Under the pieces are notes generated by a model. It had not been told where the DNA came from and did not search any database. It saw nothing but the letters and a program-made list of their open reading frames with translations. A DNA stretch of 59,644 bases, filler included. It is 5 parts of 5 records of this genome, joined end to end, with 100 filler letters (N's around TTAATTAATTAA, not from the genome) between each part and the next. Parts side by side here need not be neighbours in the genome. Positions count along the whole stretch, not along the records: positions 21,453 to 29,232 come from SRR20825019_2139; positions 29,333 to 44,576 come from SRR20825019_2141; 3 more parts are not named here. One strand, written 5' to 3'. Made by a program: the position numbers and the translations under genes. Numbering within the stretch: position 1 is the first letter of the stretch; each line of letters opens with the position of its first letter. Of this stretch, positions 21,353 through 32,819 are shown one piece after another.

Positions 21353-21452
21353 NNNNNNNNNNNNNNNNNNNNNNNNNNNNNNNNNNNNNNNNNNNNTTAA
21401 TTAATTAANNNNNNNNNNNNNNNNNNNNNNNNNNNNNNNNNNNNNNNNNNNN
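21353..21452. other. Artificial contig linker
   Basis: 44 N + TTAATTAATTAA + 44 N. Confidence 0.98.
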
Positions 21453-21496
21453 GTGGCGATGAGGTCCATATTGATGGAACCAAAAACCGTGATCAT
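21453..21496 (-). CDS. rbsK: Ribokinase N-terminus (cut by contig end)
   Basis: MITVFGSINMDLIA matches the ribokinase VxGSxNxD motif; GGGAGA RBS upstream. Confidence 0.7.
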
Positions 21497-21587
21497 GGCA
21501 CTTTCTCCCACGTCTGAAGTTATAGCAGCCAGCTTTCTTCAAAAGCTGTTTTAATATTGTTTTATGAGGGCTTCACTCCAAACACAA

Positions 21588-22817
21588 TCAATCCTCATCC
21601 ACGATCCGCAGTTTCATTCGGCCAATACCATCGGCGGATTTATCCGAAGGCTTCAGTTTGTCTTCCGAGGAATGGGGATCACCGCCTGACGATGATGTTT
21701 TTGGCTCCTTGTTTTCAAATTCGAGAGCGGAGATGCGTTCGCCACGTCTTGCGATCTTGCCTGTGGAGACGCGTATTTGTTCAACATCCTGCCTGGCCTG
21801 AGAAAAATGGCTCTGCAGCTTTTCAACGCGTTCATTAAGGCGTGTCAGATCTCCCATCAGGTGGGAGACTTCACCCTGAATGAGATGGGCCTGCTCGCGC
21901 ATGCGCTGATCCTTCATGACGGCCTGAACCACCTGTATCGACAACAGAAGCAGCGTTGGGGAAACAATCACCACCCGTGCAGAATGTGCCTTTTGAACCG
22001 TTGCTTCGTAATGTTCATGGATATCGGCAAAGATCGATTCCGATGGCACGAACAAAAAGGCGGTGTCCTGTGTTTCTCCGGGGATCAGGTACTTTTTTGA
22101 TATGTCTCGAACATGGGTCTCCAGATCACGGCGGAAGCGTTGCGCCGCGGCGCGCTGGTGCTCTTCTGTCTTTGCATCACGCATGGTGTTCCAGGCTTCG
22201 AGCGGAAATTTCGCATCAATCACCAGCGGCGGCGCGCCGTTGGGCATATCAATGAGGCAGTCCGGCCGTGTGTTGTTGGAAAGCGTACCCTGAAACCGGA
22301 AAGTTCCCGAGGGCAGAGCATCGGCGATGATGGTTTCCATCCGGCCCTGGCCAAAGGCGCCGCGGGTCTGTTTGTTGGAGAGGATGGCCTGCAGACCGAC
22401 GACATCCTTCGCCAGAGACTGGATGTTGTTTTGGGCCGCATCGATAACCGCCAGCCGTTCCTGAAGCTGTCGGAGGTTTTCGTGGGTCGTACGGTTTTGC
22501 TGGTGAAGTGTTGTGCCGAGACGTTGGGACATGCCGTCCAGTCGTGATCCAAGCGCGGCGTTAAGCTCTGCCTGACGGCTGCCGAATAACTCAGACATGG
22601 TCGCCATGCGTCCCTGCATTTCGTTTTGTGTCTTCACCAGAATTTCGAGTTGGTGCTGCAAAGCCCGTTCTCGCTGCCCGTCAGGCCGGCGGCGAATCAT
22701 AACCACGGCACACAGCAGAAACACGCAGATCAAAGAGGCAAACAGGCCGACGACCAGTGGATCGGCCGTTCTGAGAATGGCATTTATACGTTCCACGTTG
22801 CAGCTATCCTTGTTCAA
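21588..22817 (-). CDS. rmuC: DNA recombination protein RmuC
   Basis: N-terminal TM, coiled coil, LSNKQTRGAFGQ, RPDCLI, VIDAKFPLE, FLFVPSESIFA and IVSPTLL. Confidence 0.92.
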   Translation of the reverse strand: MNKDSCNVERINAILRTADPLVVGLFASLICVFLLCAVVMIRRRPDGQRERALQHQLEILVKTQNEMQGRMATMSELFGSRQAELNAALGSRLDGMSQRLGTTLHQQNRTTHENLRQLQERLAVIDAAQNNIQSLAKDVVGLQAILSNKQTRGAFGQGRMETIIADALPSGTFRFQGTLSNNTRPDCLIDMPNGAPPLVIDAKFPLEAWNTMRDAKTEEHQRAAAQRFRRDLETHVRDISKKYLIPGETQDTAFLFVPSESIFADIHEHYEATVQKAHSARVVIVSPTLLLLSIQVVQAVMKDQRMREQAHLIQGEVSHLMGDLTRLNERVEKLQSHFSQARQDVEQIRVSTGKIARRGERISALEFENKEPKTSSSGGDPHSSEDKLKPSDKSADGIGRMKLRIVDED

Positions 22818-22963
22818 GTTTCGGGAAGCCTAGCAGATTTGTGACCAAAATACAGATCAAAACGTGAACAAAGGCGCAGATAAATAGAATACTTTGTGGC
22901 TTCTTGCAGTGGGCCGCCGACGAAACCATTTCCTCTTTTGATAACTTGCGCTAAGGGAAACCC

Positions 22964-23476
22964 ATGACAATAAAGCCTATGATTATTCTGCCAGACCCGG
23001 TTTTGCGCAACGTATCCAAGCCCGTCGAGCGTATCGACGAGGATTTGAAAAAGCTTGCCGGAGATATGTTGGAAACCATGTATGAAGCGCCCGGTATCGG
23101 TCTTGCCGCCATTCAGGTGGGGGTGCCGCGCCGCATGCTGGTCCTTGACGTAAGCAAGGACGAAGATGCGAAAGACCCTAAGGTTGTTATCAATCCTACG
23201 ATTTTGTCATCTTCGGATGAACGTTCTGTTTATGAAGAGGGTTGCCTCTCGATTCCGGATTATTATGCCGAGGTCGAGCGTCCGGCAGAGGTGACGGTGC
23301 GCTATACTGATCTTGACGGAAAAGAGCAGGACGTAACCGCTGATGGTCTGCTGGCCACCTGTCTTCAACATGAGATCGATCACCTCGACGGTGTCCTGTT
23401 TATTGACTATCTTTCGCGCCTGAAGCGTGATCGCGTGATCAAAAAGTTCGTCAAGGCTGCCCGGCAGAAGCTATGA
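22964..23476 (+). CDS. def: Peptide deformylase
   Basis: [13 protein letters not shown] and QHEIDHLDG. Confidence 0.97.
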   Translation: MTIKPMIILPDPVLRNVSKPVERIDEDLKKLAGDMLETMYEAPGIGLAAIQVGVPRRMLVLDVSKDEDAKDPKVVINPTILSSSDERSVYEEGCLSIPDYYAEVERPAEVTVRYTDLDGKEQDVTADGLLATCLQHEIDHLDGVLFIDYLSRLKRDRVIKKFVKAARQKL

Positions 23477-23561
23477 GCGCTGCGTCCTTTGCTAAGATGG
23501 TCCAAGACCATGACCATCGGATTGGGCAAAGGCCTGTTTTGAACTGAAAAAGGGGCGTAGC

Positions 23562-24500
23562 GTGGCAATGAAAATCATCTTTATGGGAACCCCGGACTTC
23601 TCTGTGCCGACGCTCAGGGCGCTGGGTGATGCCGGTCACGAGGTCGTGCGGGTTTACACGCAGCCGCCGCGGGCGGCTGGCCGACGTGGGTTGAGCGCGG
23701 TGAAAACGCCGGTGCATCAGGCCGCCGAGTTGCTCGGGCTTGAGGTGCATACGCCGCCTAATTTCAAAGATGAGACCGCGCGCGCGGAATTTAAAGCTCT
23801 CAATGCAGACGTTGCAGTTGTTGTTGCCTATGGTCTTTTGTTGCCGGAAGCGATTCTGGATGGCACGCGGCTGGGGGCTTACAACGGCCATGCCTCGCTT
23901 CTGCCGCGTTGGCGCGGTGCAGCGCCTATCCAGCGAGCGATTATGGCGGGTGACACCGAAACCGGCATGATGATCATGCGTATGGAAAAGGGACTTGATA
24001 CCGGACCGGTCGCTTTGACAGAGAAAGTCGCTATCGGTGAAAATATGACAGCTGGCGAACTGCATGACCGGCTGATGCAGATCGGAGCGAGGCTTATGGT
24101 CAAGGCGATGCACCGGCTGGAAGGTGGTAATTTGCCGCTCGAACCGCAGGGGCAGGAGGGCGCAACCTATGCCCGTAAACTTGACAAGGCCGAGACGCGG
24201 ATCGATTTCTCAAAAGATGCAAAAGCGGTTCACGATCACATTCGCGCGCTGGCACCATTTCCCGGTGCATGGCTGGAAGTGTCGCATGGCAAGCGGTTGG
24301 ACCGTGTGAAAGTGCTTTCCAGCGTCATTGCCGATGGCGATGGTTTTGCCGGTACAGTGCTGGATGGTGAGGGGCTGGTGATTGCCTGCGGAACTGGCGC
24401 TGTCTGCCTGACCAGGTTGCAAAAGGCCGGTGGCAAGGTGCTGAATGCTGAGGATTTTCTGCGTGGCAACCCTATGGTGCCGGGAACGGTAATCGCCTGA
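23562..24500 (+). CDS. fmt: Methionyl-tRNA formyltransferase
   Basis: [21 protein letters not shown] and [24 protein letters not shown]. Confidence 0.97.
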   Translation: MAMKIIFMGTPDFSVPTLRALGDAGHEVVRVYTQPPRAAGRRGLSAVKTPVHQAAELLGLEVHTPPNFKDETARAEFKALNADVAVVVAYGLLLPEAILDGTRLGAYNGHASLLPRWRGAAPIQRAIMAGDTETGMMIMRMEKGLDTGPVALTEKVAIGENMTAGELHDRLMQIGARLMVKAMHRLEGGNLPLEPQGQEGATYARKLDKAETRIDFSKDAKAVHDHIRALAPFPGAWLEVSHGKRLDRVKVLSSVIADGDGFAGTVLDGEGLVIACGTGAVCLTRLQKAGGKVLNAEDFLRGNPMVPGTVIA

Positions 24501-25252
24501 TGCCGCGCTATCGCATGACTGTCGAATATGATGGTACGAATTATGTTGGATGGCAGCGTCAGGATAATGGTGCCTCGATTCAGGGCAGTCTGGAAGCTGC
24601 GGTTAAAAGTCTGACGCAGGAAGCGGTTTCCATAAGGGGAGCGGGGCGCACCGATTCCGGCGTACATGCGCTGGGACAGGTCGTGCATCTGGACCTGATG
24701 CGCGACTGGAGTGCGTTTCAGCTTCTCAATGCTGTGAATGCGCATCTGAGAATTGCCCGACACAGCATTGCCGTGGTCGATGTTCAACAAGTCAGCGACG
24801 GTTTTGATGCACGTTTTTCAGCGGTTAAACGCCACTATCTCTATCGTATTATCAATCGACGCGGGCATCTGGCTCTTGAATTCAAACGCGCATGGTGGGT
24901 GCCGAAGCCGCTGGACCATACTTTGATGCATTCTGCTGCCCAGAGACTTGTCGGTCATCATGATTTTACCACCTTCCGCTCGGTGCATTGCCAGGCCAAC
25001 TCGCCGATGCGGACGCTGGATCGTCTGGATGTAACCCGCAATGGCGATGTCATCGAAATCCGGGCCTCAGCGCAAAGTTTTCTCCATAACCAGATTCGTT
25101 CTTTTGCCGGCACACTCAAGCTTGCCGGGGAGGGGAAGGTTTCCGCCGATGACGTTGCGGCTATGCTGGAAGCGCGTGACCGCCAGGCCTGCGGCCCTGT
25201 CGCGCCGCCGGACGGGCTGTTCTTTATGCAGGTTGACTATCCGGAAAATTAA
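24500..25252 (+). CDS. truA: tRNA pseudouridine(38-40) synthase
   Basis: [31 protein letters not shown] and SFLHNQIR. Confidence 0.97.
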   Translation: MPRYRMTVEYDGTNYVGWQRQDNGASIQGSLEAAVKSLTQEAVSIRGAGRTDSGVHALGQVVHLDLMRDWSAFQLLNAVNAHLRIARHSIAVVDVQQVSDGFDARFSAVKRHYLYRIINRRGHLALEFKRAWWVPKPLDHTLMHSAAQRLVGHHDFTTFRSVHCQANSPMRTLDRLDVTRNGDVIEIRASAQSFLHNQIRSFAGTLKLAGEGKVSADDVAAMLEARDRQACGPVAPPDGLFFMQVDYPEN

Positions 25253-25320
25253 AAACGTCTCGTGCGCCCTTTGGAAACGGCGTGCAGCGGCGATGTGGTT
25301 GCGAGGCCGGTTGGTTTCTG

Positions 25321-25352
25321 ATAATTCTATATTTCTGGATATATAGAATTAT
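25321..25352. promoter_or_regulatory. Perfect 12-bp inverted repeat (8-nt spacer), candidate ArsR operator
   Basis: ATAATTCTATAT-ttctggat-ATATAGAATTAT immediately before the arsC RBS. Confidence 0.65.
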
Positions 25353-25362
25353 GGAGACTGAA

Positions 25363-25782
25363 ATGCCGGTGACGATCTACCACAACCCGAATTGCGGGAC
25401 ATCGCGCAATGTTCTGGCGATGATCCGCCAGTCCGGTGAAGAGCCGGAAGTGATTGAATACCTGAAGACACCGCCGACCCGGAAAAAACTGGTCGAGCTG
25501 ATTGACCGGATGGGTATCGCGACGCGTGATCTGCTGCGCCGGAAAGGCACGCCTTATGACGATATCGGCCTTGATGACCCCTCACTTTCCGACGATCAGT
25601 TGATTGATGCGATGATGGCGCATCCGATCCTGATCAACCGTCCGATTGTGGTATCGGAAAAAGGGGTTAAGCTTTGCCGCCCGTCTGAAACCGTACTGGA
25701 GATCCTGCCGAATGCCGAGATCGGGACCTTTTCCAAGGAAGACGGCGAGGTCGTGATTGCGAGCAATGGAGGTGGAGATTGA
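25363..25782 (+). CDS. arsC: Arsenate reductase (glutaredoxin-dependent)
   Basis: [23 protein letters not shown] and LCRPSE. Confidence 0.95.
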   Translation: MPVTIYHNPNCGTSRNVLAMIRQSGEEPEVIEYLKTPPTRKKLVELIDRMGIATRDLLRRKGTPYDDIGLDDPSLSDDQLIDAMMAHPILINRPIVVSEKGVKLCRPSETVLEILPNAEIGTFSKEDGEVVIASNGGGD

Positions 25783-26510
25783 TGCAACACGGCAAGACCG
25801 ATGACGAAATGCCCGCGCTCGACACGGATGCTTTTCAGGCGGTGGATCGAACGAAGCTGTTTGCTGACGATGAAATGGAACATGCACCGCGCATTTTGAT
25901 GCTCTACGGCTCGCTTCGGGAGCGTTCGTATTCGCGTCTTCTGACCGAAGAGGCCGCCCGGTTGTTGCAGGCCTATGGCGCCGATGTACGGATTTTCAAT
26001 CCCGAAGGTCTGCCCGTTGTCGGCAGCGTTGATGAAAATCACCCGAAGGTAAGGGAGTTGCGCGATCTTTCCTTCTGGTCGGAAGCGCAGGTCTGGTGCT
26101 CGCCTGAGCGACACGGGGCGATGAGTTCGGTCATGAAAATGCAGATCGACTGGCTGCCGTTGTCTCTTGGCGGTATGCGCCCCACGCAGGGGCGGGTGCT
26201 GGCATTGATGCAGGTCTGCGGCGGCTCGCAAAGCTTCAATACCGTTAATCAGCTGCGGATACTGGGGCGCTGGATGCGTATGGTCACAATCCCGAACCAG
26301 TCATCCGTGCCGAAGGCATTTACGGAGTTTGAGGAAAACGGCCGGATGAAGCCGTCGCCGTTTTACAATCGCGTGGTCGATGTGATGGAAGAACTGATGA
26401 AGTTCACACTGCTTCTGCGCGGTCGCAGCGCGTATCTGACGGATCGTTACTCTGAGAGGGTGGAAAGCGCCGAAGCCCTCTCAAAGCGGGTCAATCAGAA
26501 AGCGATTTGA
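25782..26510 (+). CDS. arsH: Arsenical resistance NADPH-dependent FMN reductase ArsH
   Basis: [33 protein letters not shown] and TIPNQSSV. Confidence 0.95.
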   Translation: MQHGKTDDEMPALDTDAFQAVDRTKLFADDEMEHAPRILMLYGSLRERSYSRLLTEEAARLLQAYGADVRIFNPEGLPVVGSVDENHPKVRELRDLSFWSEAQVWCSPERHGAMSSVMKMQIDWLPLSLGGMRPTQGRVLALMQVCGGSQSFNTVNQLRILGRWMRMVTIPNQSSVPKAFTEFEENGRMKPSPFYNRVVDVMEELMKFTLLLRGRSAYLTDRYSERVESAEALSKRVNQKAI

Positions 26511-26517
26511 CGCCCCC

Positions 26518-26982
26518 TCAACTGGGATCGAAAGATTGTCCGTCGACACACATGATCTCGGCAGCGTTCGGCTGCCGTGTCAGCATGGCGTAATTGGCGC
26601 GCTCGGTTTTGGTCTCGCATATCGGGCGCTGGATGGCGTCGTAACCCCTGGATTCGAGGCAGCGATTGATGACGCGGCTGCGCAGGTTCCGGTTCGTGTC
26701 ATAGCTTTGGCTGGTCACCGGCGTGGTATAGCCCCCCACTTCGGTGCAGTAGGTTTGATTGCCATCCGTGTCGCAATCCATGTAACCGGGCATACTGTAG
26801 CCGCCGGAGATCTCGGTTACCATGTTCTGCGGCACCTCTTTCAGCGCCTTGATTACGCATTGGTCATAGGCTTCCTGTCGCTGAGAACGGGTGCTGCCTT
26901 CCTTATACAGAAGATTGACCGGTCCTGTCTGGCAGGCAACAAGGACAACGCCCATGAAAAACGGTAAAACATATCTGATCAC
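26518..26982 (-). CDS. Hypothetical Cys-containing lipoprotein
   Basis: GTG start with AAGGGAG RBS; signal peptide ending in the lipobox LVAC; several further cysteines. Confidence 0.65.
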   Translation of the reverse strand: MIRYVLPFFMGVVLVACQTGPVNLLYKEGSTRSQRQEAYDQCVIKALKEVPQNMVTEISGGYSMPGYMDCDTDGNQTYCTEVGGYTTPVTSQSYDTNRNLRSRVINRCLESRGYDAIQRPICETKTERANYAMLTRQPNAAEIMCVDGQSFDPS

Positions 26983-27062
26983 GGCGCGGCTTCTCCCTTC
27001 TGCATAAGGTGCCGGTAAACGATTAAGCCGCCATCGGCCAATGTCAACAGCAGCTTGCCATA

Positions 27063-27653
27063 TCAAAGCCCACCGATATAGCGCATCCCGGCATCGGAGA
27101 TCAGCAGAGCGACAATTGAGGCTGAAATGATGGCCGTTGCTGTCGGCAGCGCGCGGCTTTCCATCAGTATGTACATAATTCGGATTTCAAAGATAAATGC
27201 CCCAAGTACGACAATCTGGAGCACAATCAGAACAATGTCCGACAGAAAGCCAAGATCGCCGGCAATCAGCCCGATGGCCACAGCAGCGATGATATTGACC
27301 GGAAGACTCATCCAGTTGCTGGCGATCACGATTTTGGGGAAGGATTTCGGTAAAGCTGCAATCATGCAGACTATGCCGAAAACCACCAGCGGCACCATCC
27401 AGCTCAAGCCTTCAACGATGCCTGTTCTGATTACGGTACGAAAATCGGCAACGAAAGCACTGTGTTGACGCTCCGCAAGCGTGAACATTGTCGTCATCGT
27501 CATAAACGGCAGACTGAGGGCCAGAGACCAGAAGGACCGCCATAGTCCGCGTTCCGTGAAATCGAGATAATGCCCAGCTGACGGATCGCCTTTGAAAAGG
27601 CGCCAGAGACCGTGCATGTAAAACAGGATTTCAGTGACCGATGGCACGGGCAA
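27063..27653 (-). CDS. Hypothetical integral membrane protein
   Basis: About 5 hydrophobic segments; overlaps the end of dapE. Confidence 0.75.
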   Translation of the reverse strand: MPVPSVTEILFYMHGLWRLFKGDPSAGHYLDFTERGLWRSFWSLALSLPFMTMTTMFTLAERQHSAFVADFRTVIRTGIVEGLSWMVPLVVFGIVCMIAALPKSFPKIVIASNWMSLPVNIIAAVAIGLIAGDLGFLSDIVLIVLQIVVLGAFIFEIRIMYILMESRALPTATAIISASIVALLISDAGMRYIGGL

Positions 27654-28827
27654 ACCACCTTTCGATAAAGTCCTGATAGATGCATGTCAGCGTTTCGAGG
27701 TCAGTGACAGCCACATGCTCATCAATCTTGTGCATCGTCTGACCGACAAGACCAAATTCAACAACCGGGCAGTAATCCTTGATGAAGCGGGCATCGGAAG
27801 TGCCGCCGGTGGTCGAAAGTGAGGGCGTATTGCCGGTCACGGCCTCAATAGCGTCGCAAAGAGATCCTGCGAGTGCATCATTGCGCGTCAGAAACACCGG
27901 GCTGGGGCGCCCGAGCCACTCGATTTCATACCTGGCGGTCGGCTTGCCGGGGCGCAGGTTGTGGCCATCTGCCGCCCGGTTGAGCCTTTGAATGATCTCT
28001 TTTTGAAGCGTTTCTGTGCTCCAGCTGTCATTGAAGCGGATGTTGAAAACGGCGGAAACCTGATCAGGAATGACATTGGTGGCGCTGTTGCCAGTATCGA
28101 CCGAGGTGACTTCCAGATTGGACGGGGGGAAGCGATCATTACCGCTGTCATAGGGTTTGCCCATCAGCGCTTCCAGCATGGCAGGCAGCGCACGAAGCGG
28201 GTTGTCTGCGCGGTCGGGATAGGCAACATGTCCCTGGGTGCCGCGAATGGTGATCCGACCGGACAGTGAGCCCCGGCGGCCAATCTTGATCATTTCTCCG
28301 AGTGCGTCGGGATTGGTGGGTTCTCCCACGAGTGCCGCATCCCAGCGCTCCCCACGCGCACTGGCCCACTGCAAGAGCTTGTCAGTGCCGTTGATACTCG
28401 GACCTTCCTCATCGCCGGTAATCAGCAATGAGACCGAGCCGGGAAGAGCTCCTTTTTCTTCGATATGGCGGGCAAGCGCCGCGATGAAGCAGGCAATGCC
28501 CCCTTTCATATCGACCGCTCCGCGTCCGAAGATCCGGCTATCATCCAACGCACCGGAAAAGGGCGGATGAGACCATTGTGCAGTATCGCCCGGAGGCACG
28601 ACATCGGTGTGTCCGGCAAACATCAGATGCGGGCCGTCATCGCCCAGACGGGCATAGAGATTTTCGACGTCCGGGGTTTCTTTGTCCGTGGCTGTCATCC
28701 GCTCAACGTGAAAACCCAGCGGTGAAAGCATGGCTTCAAGCGCGTCAAGCGCGCCGCCCTCCTGTGGCGTTACCGAAGGGCAGCGGATCAGTGTTTGAAG
28801 GTTGGAAACGGGGTCACGGACGGTCAT
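27631..28827 (-). CDS. dapE: Succinyl-diaminopimelate desuccinylase
   Basis: FAGHTDVVPPG, GRGAVDMKG, LITGDEEG, VGEPT, IGRRGS and GGTSDARF. Confidence 0.96.
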   Translation of the reverse strand: MTVRDPVSNLQTLIRCPSVTPQEGGALDALEAMLSPLGFHVERMTATDKETPDVENLYARLGDDGPHLMFAGHTDVVPPGDTAQWSHPPFSGALDDSRIFGRGAVDMKGGIACFIAALARHIEEKGALPGSVSLLITGDEEGPSINGTDKLLQWASARGERWDAALVGEPTNPDALGEMIKIGRRGSLSGRITIRGTQGHVAYPDRADNPLRALPAMLEALMGKPYDSGNDRFPPSNLEVTSVDTGNSATNVIPDQVSAVFNIRFNDSWSTETLQKEIIQRLNRAADGHNLRPGKPTARYEIEWLGRPSPVFLTRNDALAGSLCDAIEAVTGNTPSLSTTGGTSDARFIKDYCPVVEFGLVGQTMHKIDEHVAVTDLETLTCIYQDFIERWFARAIGH

Positions 28828-28857
28828 GGTGCCAGTCTTGAATATGTTTCGGACTAT

Positions 28858-28890
28858 AAGAAAAGGCGGACGACTGATGTCATCCGCCTT
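28858..28890 (-). terminator. Intrinsic terminator-like hairpin between dapD and dapE
   Basis: Minus strand AAGGCGGA-tGAC-atca-GTCg-TCCGCCTT followed by TTCTT. Confidence 0.55.
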
Positions 28891-28907
28891 GAGATATTGC
28901 CCGACAT

Positions 28908-29232
28908 TCAGTCGCGCAGCAATTCATTGATGCCGGTTTTCGAGCGGGTCTTTTCATCGACGCGCTTGACGATGACAGCGCAATAGAGACCGGGGCCGGG
29001 CTGGCCGTTGCCCATCGGCTTGGCCGCCGGCAGCGAACCGGCAACGACGACAGAGTAGGGCGGCACTTCACCGAAGGTGATTTCCCCGGTAGCACGGTCG
29101 ACGATCTTGGTGGATTTACCGATGAAGACTCCCATACCAAGGACGGAACCCTCGCGTACGATGCATCCTTCGACGACCTCCGATCGGGCGCCGATGAAGC
29201 AGTTGTCTTCGATGATGGTCGGACCAGCCTGC
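28908..29232 (-). CDS. dapD: Tetrahydrodipicolinate N-succinyltransferase, C-terminal part
   Basis: [19 protein letters not shown]...[12 protein letters not shown]...[26 protein letters not shown]. Confidence 0.95.
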
Positions 29233-29332
29233 NNNNNNNNNNNNNNNNNNNNNNNNNNNNNNNNNNNNNNNNNNNNTTAATTAATTAANNNNNNNNNNNN
29301 NNNNNNNNNNNNNNNNNNNNNNNNNNNNNNNN
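29233..29332. other. Artificial contig linker
   Basis: 44 N + TTAATTAATTAA + 44 N. Confidence 0.98.
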
Positions 29333-29557
29333 GAGGTGCTGGACGAAGGCGGCGCGGATGTGGTCCTGCTGGACAACATGGACACGCCAACCTTGCGGCA
29401 TGCTGTCAAAATGAATGCCGGTCGTCTGGTGCTTGAAGCCTCGGGCAACATGCGCATCGACCGCATCGCCGAGGTCGCTGCAACCGGCGTCGATTACATC
29501 TCGTCAGGGGCGCTGACACATTCCGCACAGACAATCGACATCGGATTGGATTTCTAA
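29333..29557 (+). CDS. nadC: Quinolinate phosphoribosyltransferase, C-terminal part
   Basis: ADVVLLDNM...LEASG...[15 protein letters not shown]...DIGLDF. Confidence 0.92.
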   Translation, partial: EVLDEGGADVVLLDNMDTPTLRHAVKMNAGRLVLEASGNMRIDRIAEVAATGVDYISSGALTHSAQTIDIGLDF

Positions 29558-29660
29558 TCAGCAAAGCATCGCGATGTTAGCGCAATAATATTACGCTGCA
29601 CTTGCAAAGTGCCCCGGAGCCTCTTAGTGAGTTGCCCTAACGTAAACTTTGGATGTTGAG

Positions 29661-30488
29661 ATGAGCCGACCTGCACAGATCAAAGCGTTGAACGCCGCCA
29701 ATATTCTTGCCCGCAAGGGCACGACGCCGCTGGTTTGTCTGACCGCCTATACCACACCGGTGGCAAAACTCGCGGATGAACACTGCGATCTTGTGTTGGT
29801 GGGCGACAGTGTGGGGATGGTGCTGCACGGTCTGACCTCAACCCTCGACGTGACCATGGAAATGATGACCTTGCACGGGCGTGCCGTGGCGCGGGGCATC
29901 AAACGGGCCTTGATGGTGATCGATATGCCTTTTGGCAGCTACGAAGAAAGCCCGGTCCAGGCGTTTCGCAACGCCGCACGGCTGATGGCTGACACCGGCG
30001 CCGGTGCCGTCAAACTGGAGGGTGGACGCCACATGGTCGATACGATCCGGTTTCTGACCGAACGCGGCATCCCCGTGATGGGGCATATCGGACTGACCCC
30101 GCAGGCGGTAAACGCCATTGGCGGCTACAAGGTGCAAGGCCGTGGAACAGATGCAGCGCGCATTCGGGACGACGCCCAAGCCGTTGCGGATGCCGGTGCG
30201 TTTTCTGTGGTTCTGGAAAAGGTGCCTGCCGCTTTGGCCGACGAGATTACGACGCAAATTGCCATCCCCACAGTCGGCATTGGCGCATCAGCAGGGTGCG
30301 ACGGCCAGATCCTGGTGATCGACGACATGCTGGGCCTGTTCGACGAATTCAAACCAAAGTTCGTCAAACGCTATGCCCATCTGGCCGCAGATGCATCCAC
30401 AGCCATCCAAACCTATGCCGCCGAAGTCCGCGCGCGCACCTTTCCCGCCGCCGAGCACGTATTTACTGATCAAGGAACCGCCTCATGA
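29661..30488 (+). CDS. panB: 3-methyl-2-oxobutanoate hydroxymethyltransferase
   Basis: [34 protein letters not shown] and CDGQILV. Confidence 0.96.
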   Translation: MSRPAQIKALNAANILARKGTTPLVCLTAYTTPVAKLADEHCDLVLVGDSVGMVLHGLTSTLDVTMEMMTLHGRAVARGIKRALMVIDMPFGSYEESPVQAFRNAARLMADTGAGAVKLEGGRHMVDTIRFLTERGIPVMGHIGLTPQAVNAIGGYKVQGRGTDAARIRDDAQAVADAGAFSVVLEKVPAALADEITTQIAIPTVGIGASAGCDGQILVIDDMLGLFDEFKPKFVKRYAHLAADASTAIQTYAAEVRARTFPAAEHVFTDQGTAS

Positions 30489-31372
30489 AAATCATCCGCC
30501 GTAAGTCCGAATTGCGTGACCTGACAAAAAGCTGGCGCCGAGCGGGGGAAACGATTGGTGTGGTTCTAACGATGGGTGCCCTGCATGACGGCCACCTGAG
30601 CCTGGTCAAAGCCGCCCACAGCCGCGCCGACCGCGTGATCGTGACAATCTTTGTCAACCCGCGTCAGTTCAACAATCCCGAAGATCTGGCAAAATACCCC
30701 AAAACCGAAGACAGCGACGCCCGCATCCTCGGGCCACTTGAGGTTGACGTGCTCTATATCCCCGAACCCGAGGAGATTTACCCCGCCGGTTTTTCCACAA
30801 CGGTTTCCGTGTCCGGTGTCAGCGACGGGCTCTGTGGCGGTGACCGGCCTGGCCACTTCGATGGCGTAGCGACCGTCGTGACCAAGCTGCTGCTGCAGAC
30901 CGACGCGGATTGTACGTTCTTCGGCGAAAAGGATTATCAGCAGCTGCAGGTGGTCCGTCGTGTCGTCGCTGACCTTGATTTGAAAACCGAAATTGTCGCC
31001 TGCCCAACGGTGCGTGAAAGTGACGGCCTTGCCATGTCTTCGCGTAATCTACGACTTGGCACCGAGGCACGTGAGGTGTCACCTGTGATCGGACGTGTGC
31101 TTGAGAGCGCGGCCAATGTGATCGTCCAGGGCGGCAACGTCGCGCAGGCGCTCGAAACCGCCCGCCAAGCCCTGCTTGTGGCAGGCTTTGATAACGTAGA
31201 TTATTTCGAGTTGCGCAGCGATCCCGATTTGCAACCACTGGTGAAATTAGACCTGCCCGGCCGCCTGTTCGTTGCAGCCTGGCTGAATGGGGTGCGGCTA
31301 ATTGACAATACGCCGGTCAAAGCTGCATCTCACGCGCCAACAAGTTCCGAAAAAATGCCAGAACCCGCCTGA
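30485..31372 (+). CDS. panC: Pantoate-beta-alanine ligase
   Basis: [43 protein letters not shown] and RLIDN. Confidence 0.96.
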   Translation: MKIIRRKSELRDLTKSWRRAGETIGVVLTMGALHDGHLSLVKAAHSRADRVIVTIFVNPRQFNNPEDLAKYPKTEDSDARILGPLEVDVLYIPEPEEIYPAGFSTTVSVSGVSDGLCGGDRPGHFDGVATVVTKLLLQTDADCTFFGEKDYQQLQVVRRVVADLDLKTEIVACPTVRESDGLAMSSRNLRLGTEAREVSPVIGRVLESAANVIVQGGNVAQALETARQALLVAGFDNVDYFELRSDPDLQPLVKLDLPGRLFVAAWLNGVRLIDNTPVKAASHAPTSSEKMPEPA

Positions 31373-31655
31373 TTGGAAGCAAATGCAAGCTTTTGAGTAA
31401 GCCCAGTGCCCTTTGCGACGCTGTCGGGAGGGGCTACCACGCCATCAACAGGGCCATCGCCAGATGCAGTCAACTTGAGACCGGTGGCAATTGAACTCTC
31501 AAATTAAGCCCGTCAGTAGGCATCACTGCCGCAATCTTACAATTTGAAAGTCAAGTGACAGCGGACACGCCTGTCACCGAATGGTCTTCCCCTCCACTAT
31601 CGCTCTAACCGCTACAGACACGTTTCGGCTATTGGCTGGGAACAAATCATGAATT

Positions 31656-32819
31656 TCATGACAAATTATCTTGCAACCATTTCCACAATTCTGACTTCAA
31701 TTCGAGTCCGATACCCGGAACATCCGGAAGACAGACGCGCCCGTCTGAGACCTCCTGATCATCTGCAAATCCTCCGAGCGGCTGAAATACCCCAGGATAG
31801 CTTTCGTTGCCGCCCAGCCCCAGTCCCGCAGCGATATGCAGGGACATCTGGTGCCCTCCGTGCGGATGCAGACGTCGGCGAGACCAGCCCATTTGATCCA
31901 TCATGGCGAGTGTCTTCATATAGTCCGAGAGTCCATAGGAAAGCCCAGCATCGAACTGAACAATGTCTCGATCCGGTCGCATGCCAGCATACCGGAAAAG
32001 GTTGCGGGCATCCTGATGGGAGAAGAGATTCTCGCCAGTCGCGAGGGGCGATTCATAGCTTTCGGCCAGCACGGCCTGAAGGCGAAAATCTAGGGGATCG
32101 CCTGCTTCTTCGTACCACCGCAGACTGTACGGCGCGATGGCGCGGCCGAATGCCAAAGCCTCATCGAGGGTAAAGCGACCATTCGCATCAACCGCTAAGC
32201 GGCTGCCATCATGTCCAAGTAACGCGAGAGCGGCCTCAATGCGGGAGATGTCCTCCGATAAAGGAGCGGCGCCGACCTTGATTTTGACTTCGCGGTAGCC
32301 CCTATCCAGATACGACCGGATTTCATCCTCTAAACCAACCATTCCACCTGAACCATAGTAGCCACCCGCGGCATAGACCGCGATGTCGGTGTCTGCCGCG
32401 CCCGCGCGAAACCGATCAGCCAGAACACGGTAAAGCGGGCGTTCTTCGGCTTTCGCCACAAGATCCCACATTGCCATATCTAGTGCGCCCATGGCGACCG
32501 CCCTGCCACCGTGCCCACCCGGTTTTTCATTACGCATCGCGACGGCGGCGCAGTGAATTGGATCTAAAATTCCAGCATCGTCCAACAGAGCATCGGGCGG
32601 CTCAGCCATCAATCGAGGTATGAGTCGGTCGGTCAGGACTCCCCCCTCCGCCCACCGCCCGATGGATCCGAACCCGTACCCTACCAGCGTCTTGCCGTTT
32701 CGCATCTGATCGGTCACGATGGCGACAGCGCTTGTCCTGAGCCCGGCGAAATCCACAACGGCGTTCTTGCCCGGGGAGCTGATAGGAAGATCTGCTTGGC
32801 GAATACTAACGATTTTCAT
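31656..32819 (-). CDS. Mandelate racemase-subgroup enolase-superfamily enzyme, D-tartrate dehydratase (TarD)-like
   Basis: NEKPGGHG, VYAAGGYY, KIK, AVDANGRF, WYEE, ATGENLFSHQDARNL, QFD, PHGGHQMSL and GGNESYP match the TarD-type family as I recall it. Confidence 0.82.
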   Translation of the reverse strand: MKIVSIRQADLPISSPGKNAVVDFAGLRTSAVAIVTDQMRNGKTLVGYGFGSIGRWAEGGVLTDRLIPRLMAEPPDALLDDAGILDPIHCAAVAMRNEKPGGHGGRAVAMGALDMAMWDLVAKAEERPLYRVLADRFRAGAADTDIAVYAAGGYYGSGGMVGLEDEIRSYLDRGYREVKIKVGAAPLSEDISRIEAALALLGHDGSRLAVDANGRFTLDEALAFGRAIAPYSLRWYEEAGDPLDFRLQAVLAESYESPLATGENLFSHQDARNLFRYAGMRPDRDIVQFDAGLSYGLSDYMKTLAMMDQMGWSRRRLHPHGGHQMSLHIAAGLGLGGNESYPGVFQPLGGFADDQEVSDGRVCLPDVPGIGLELKSELWKWLQDNLS

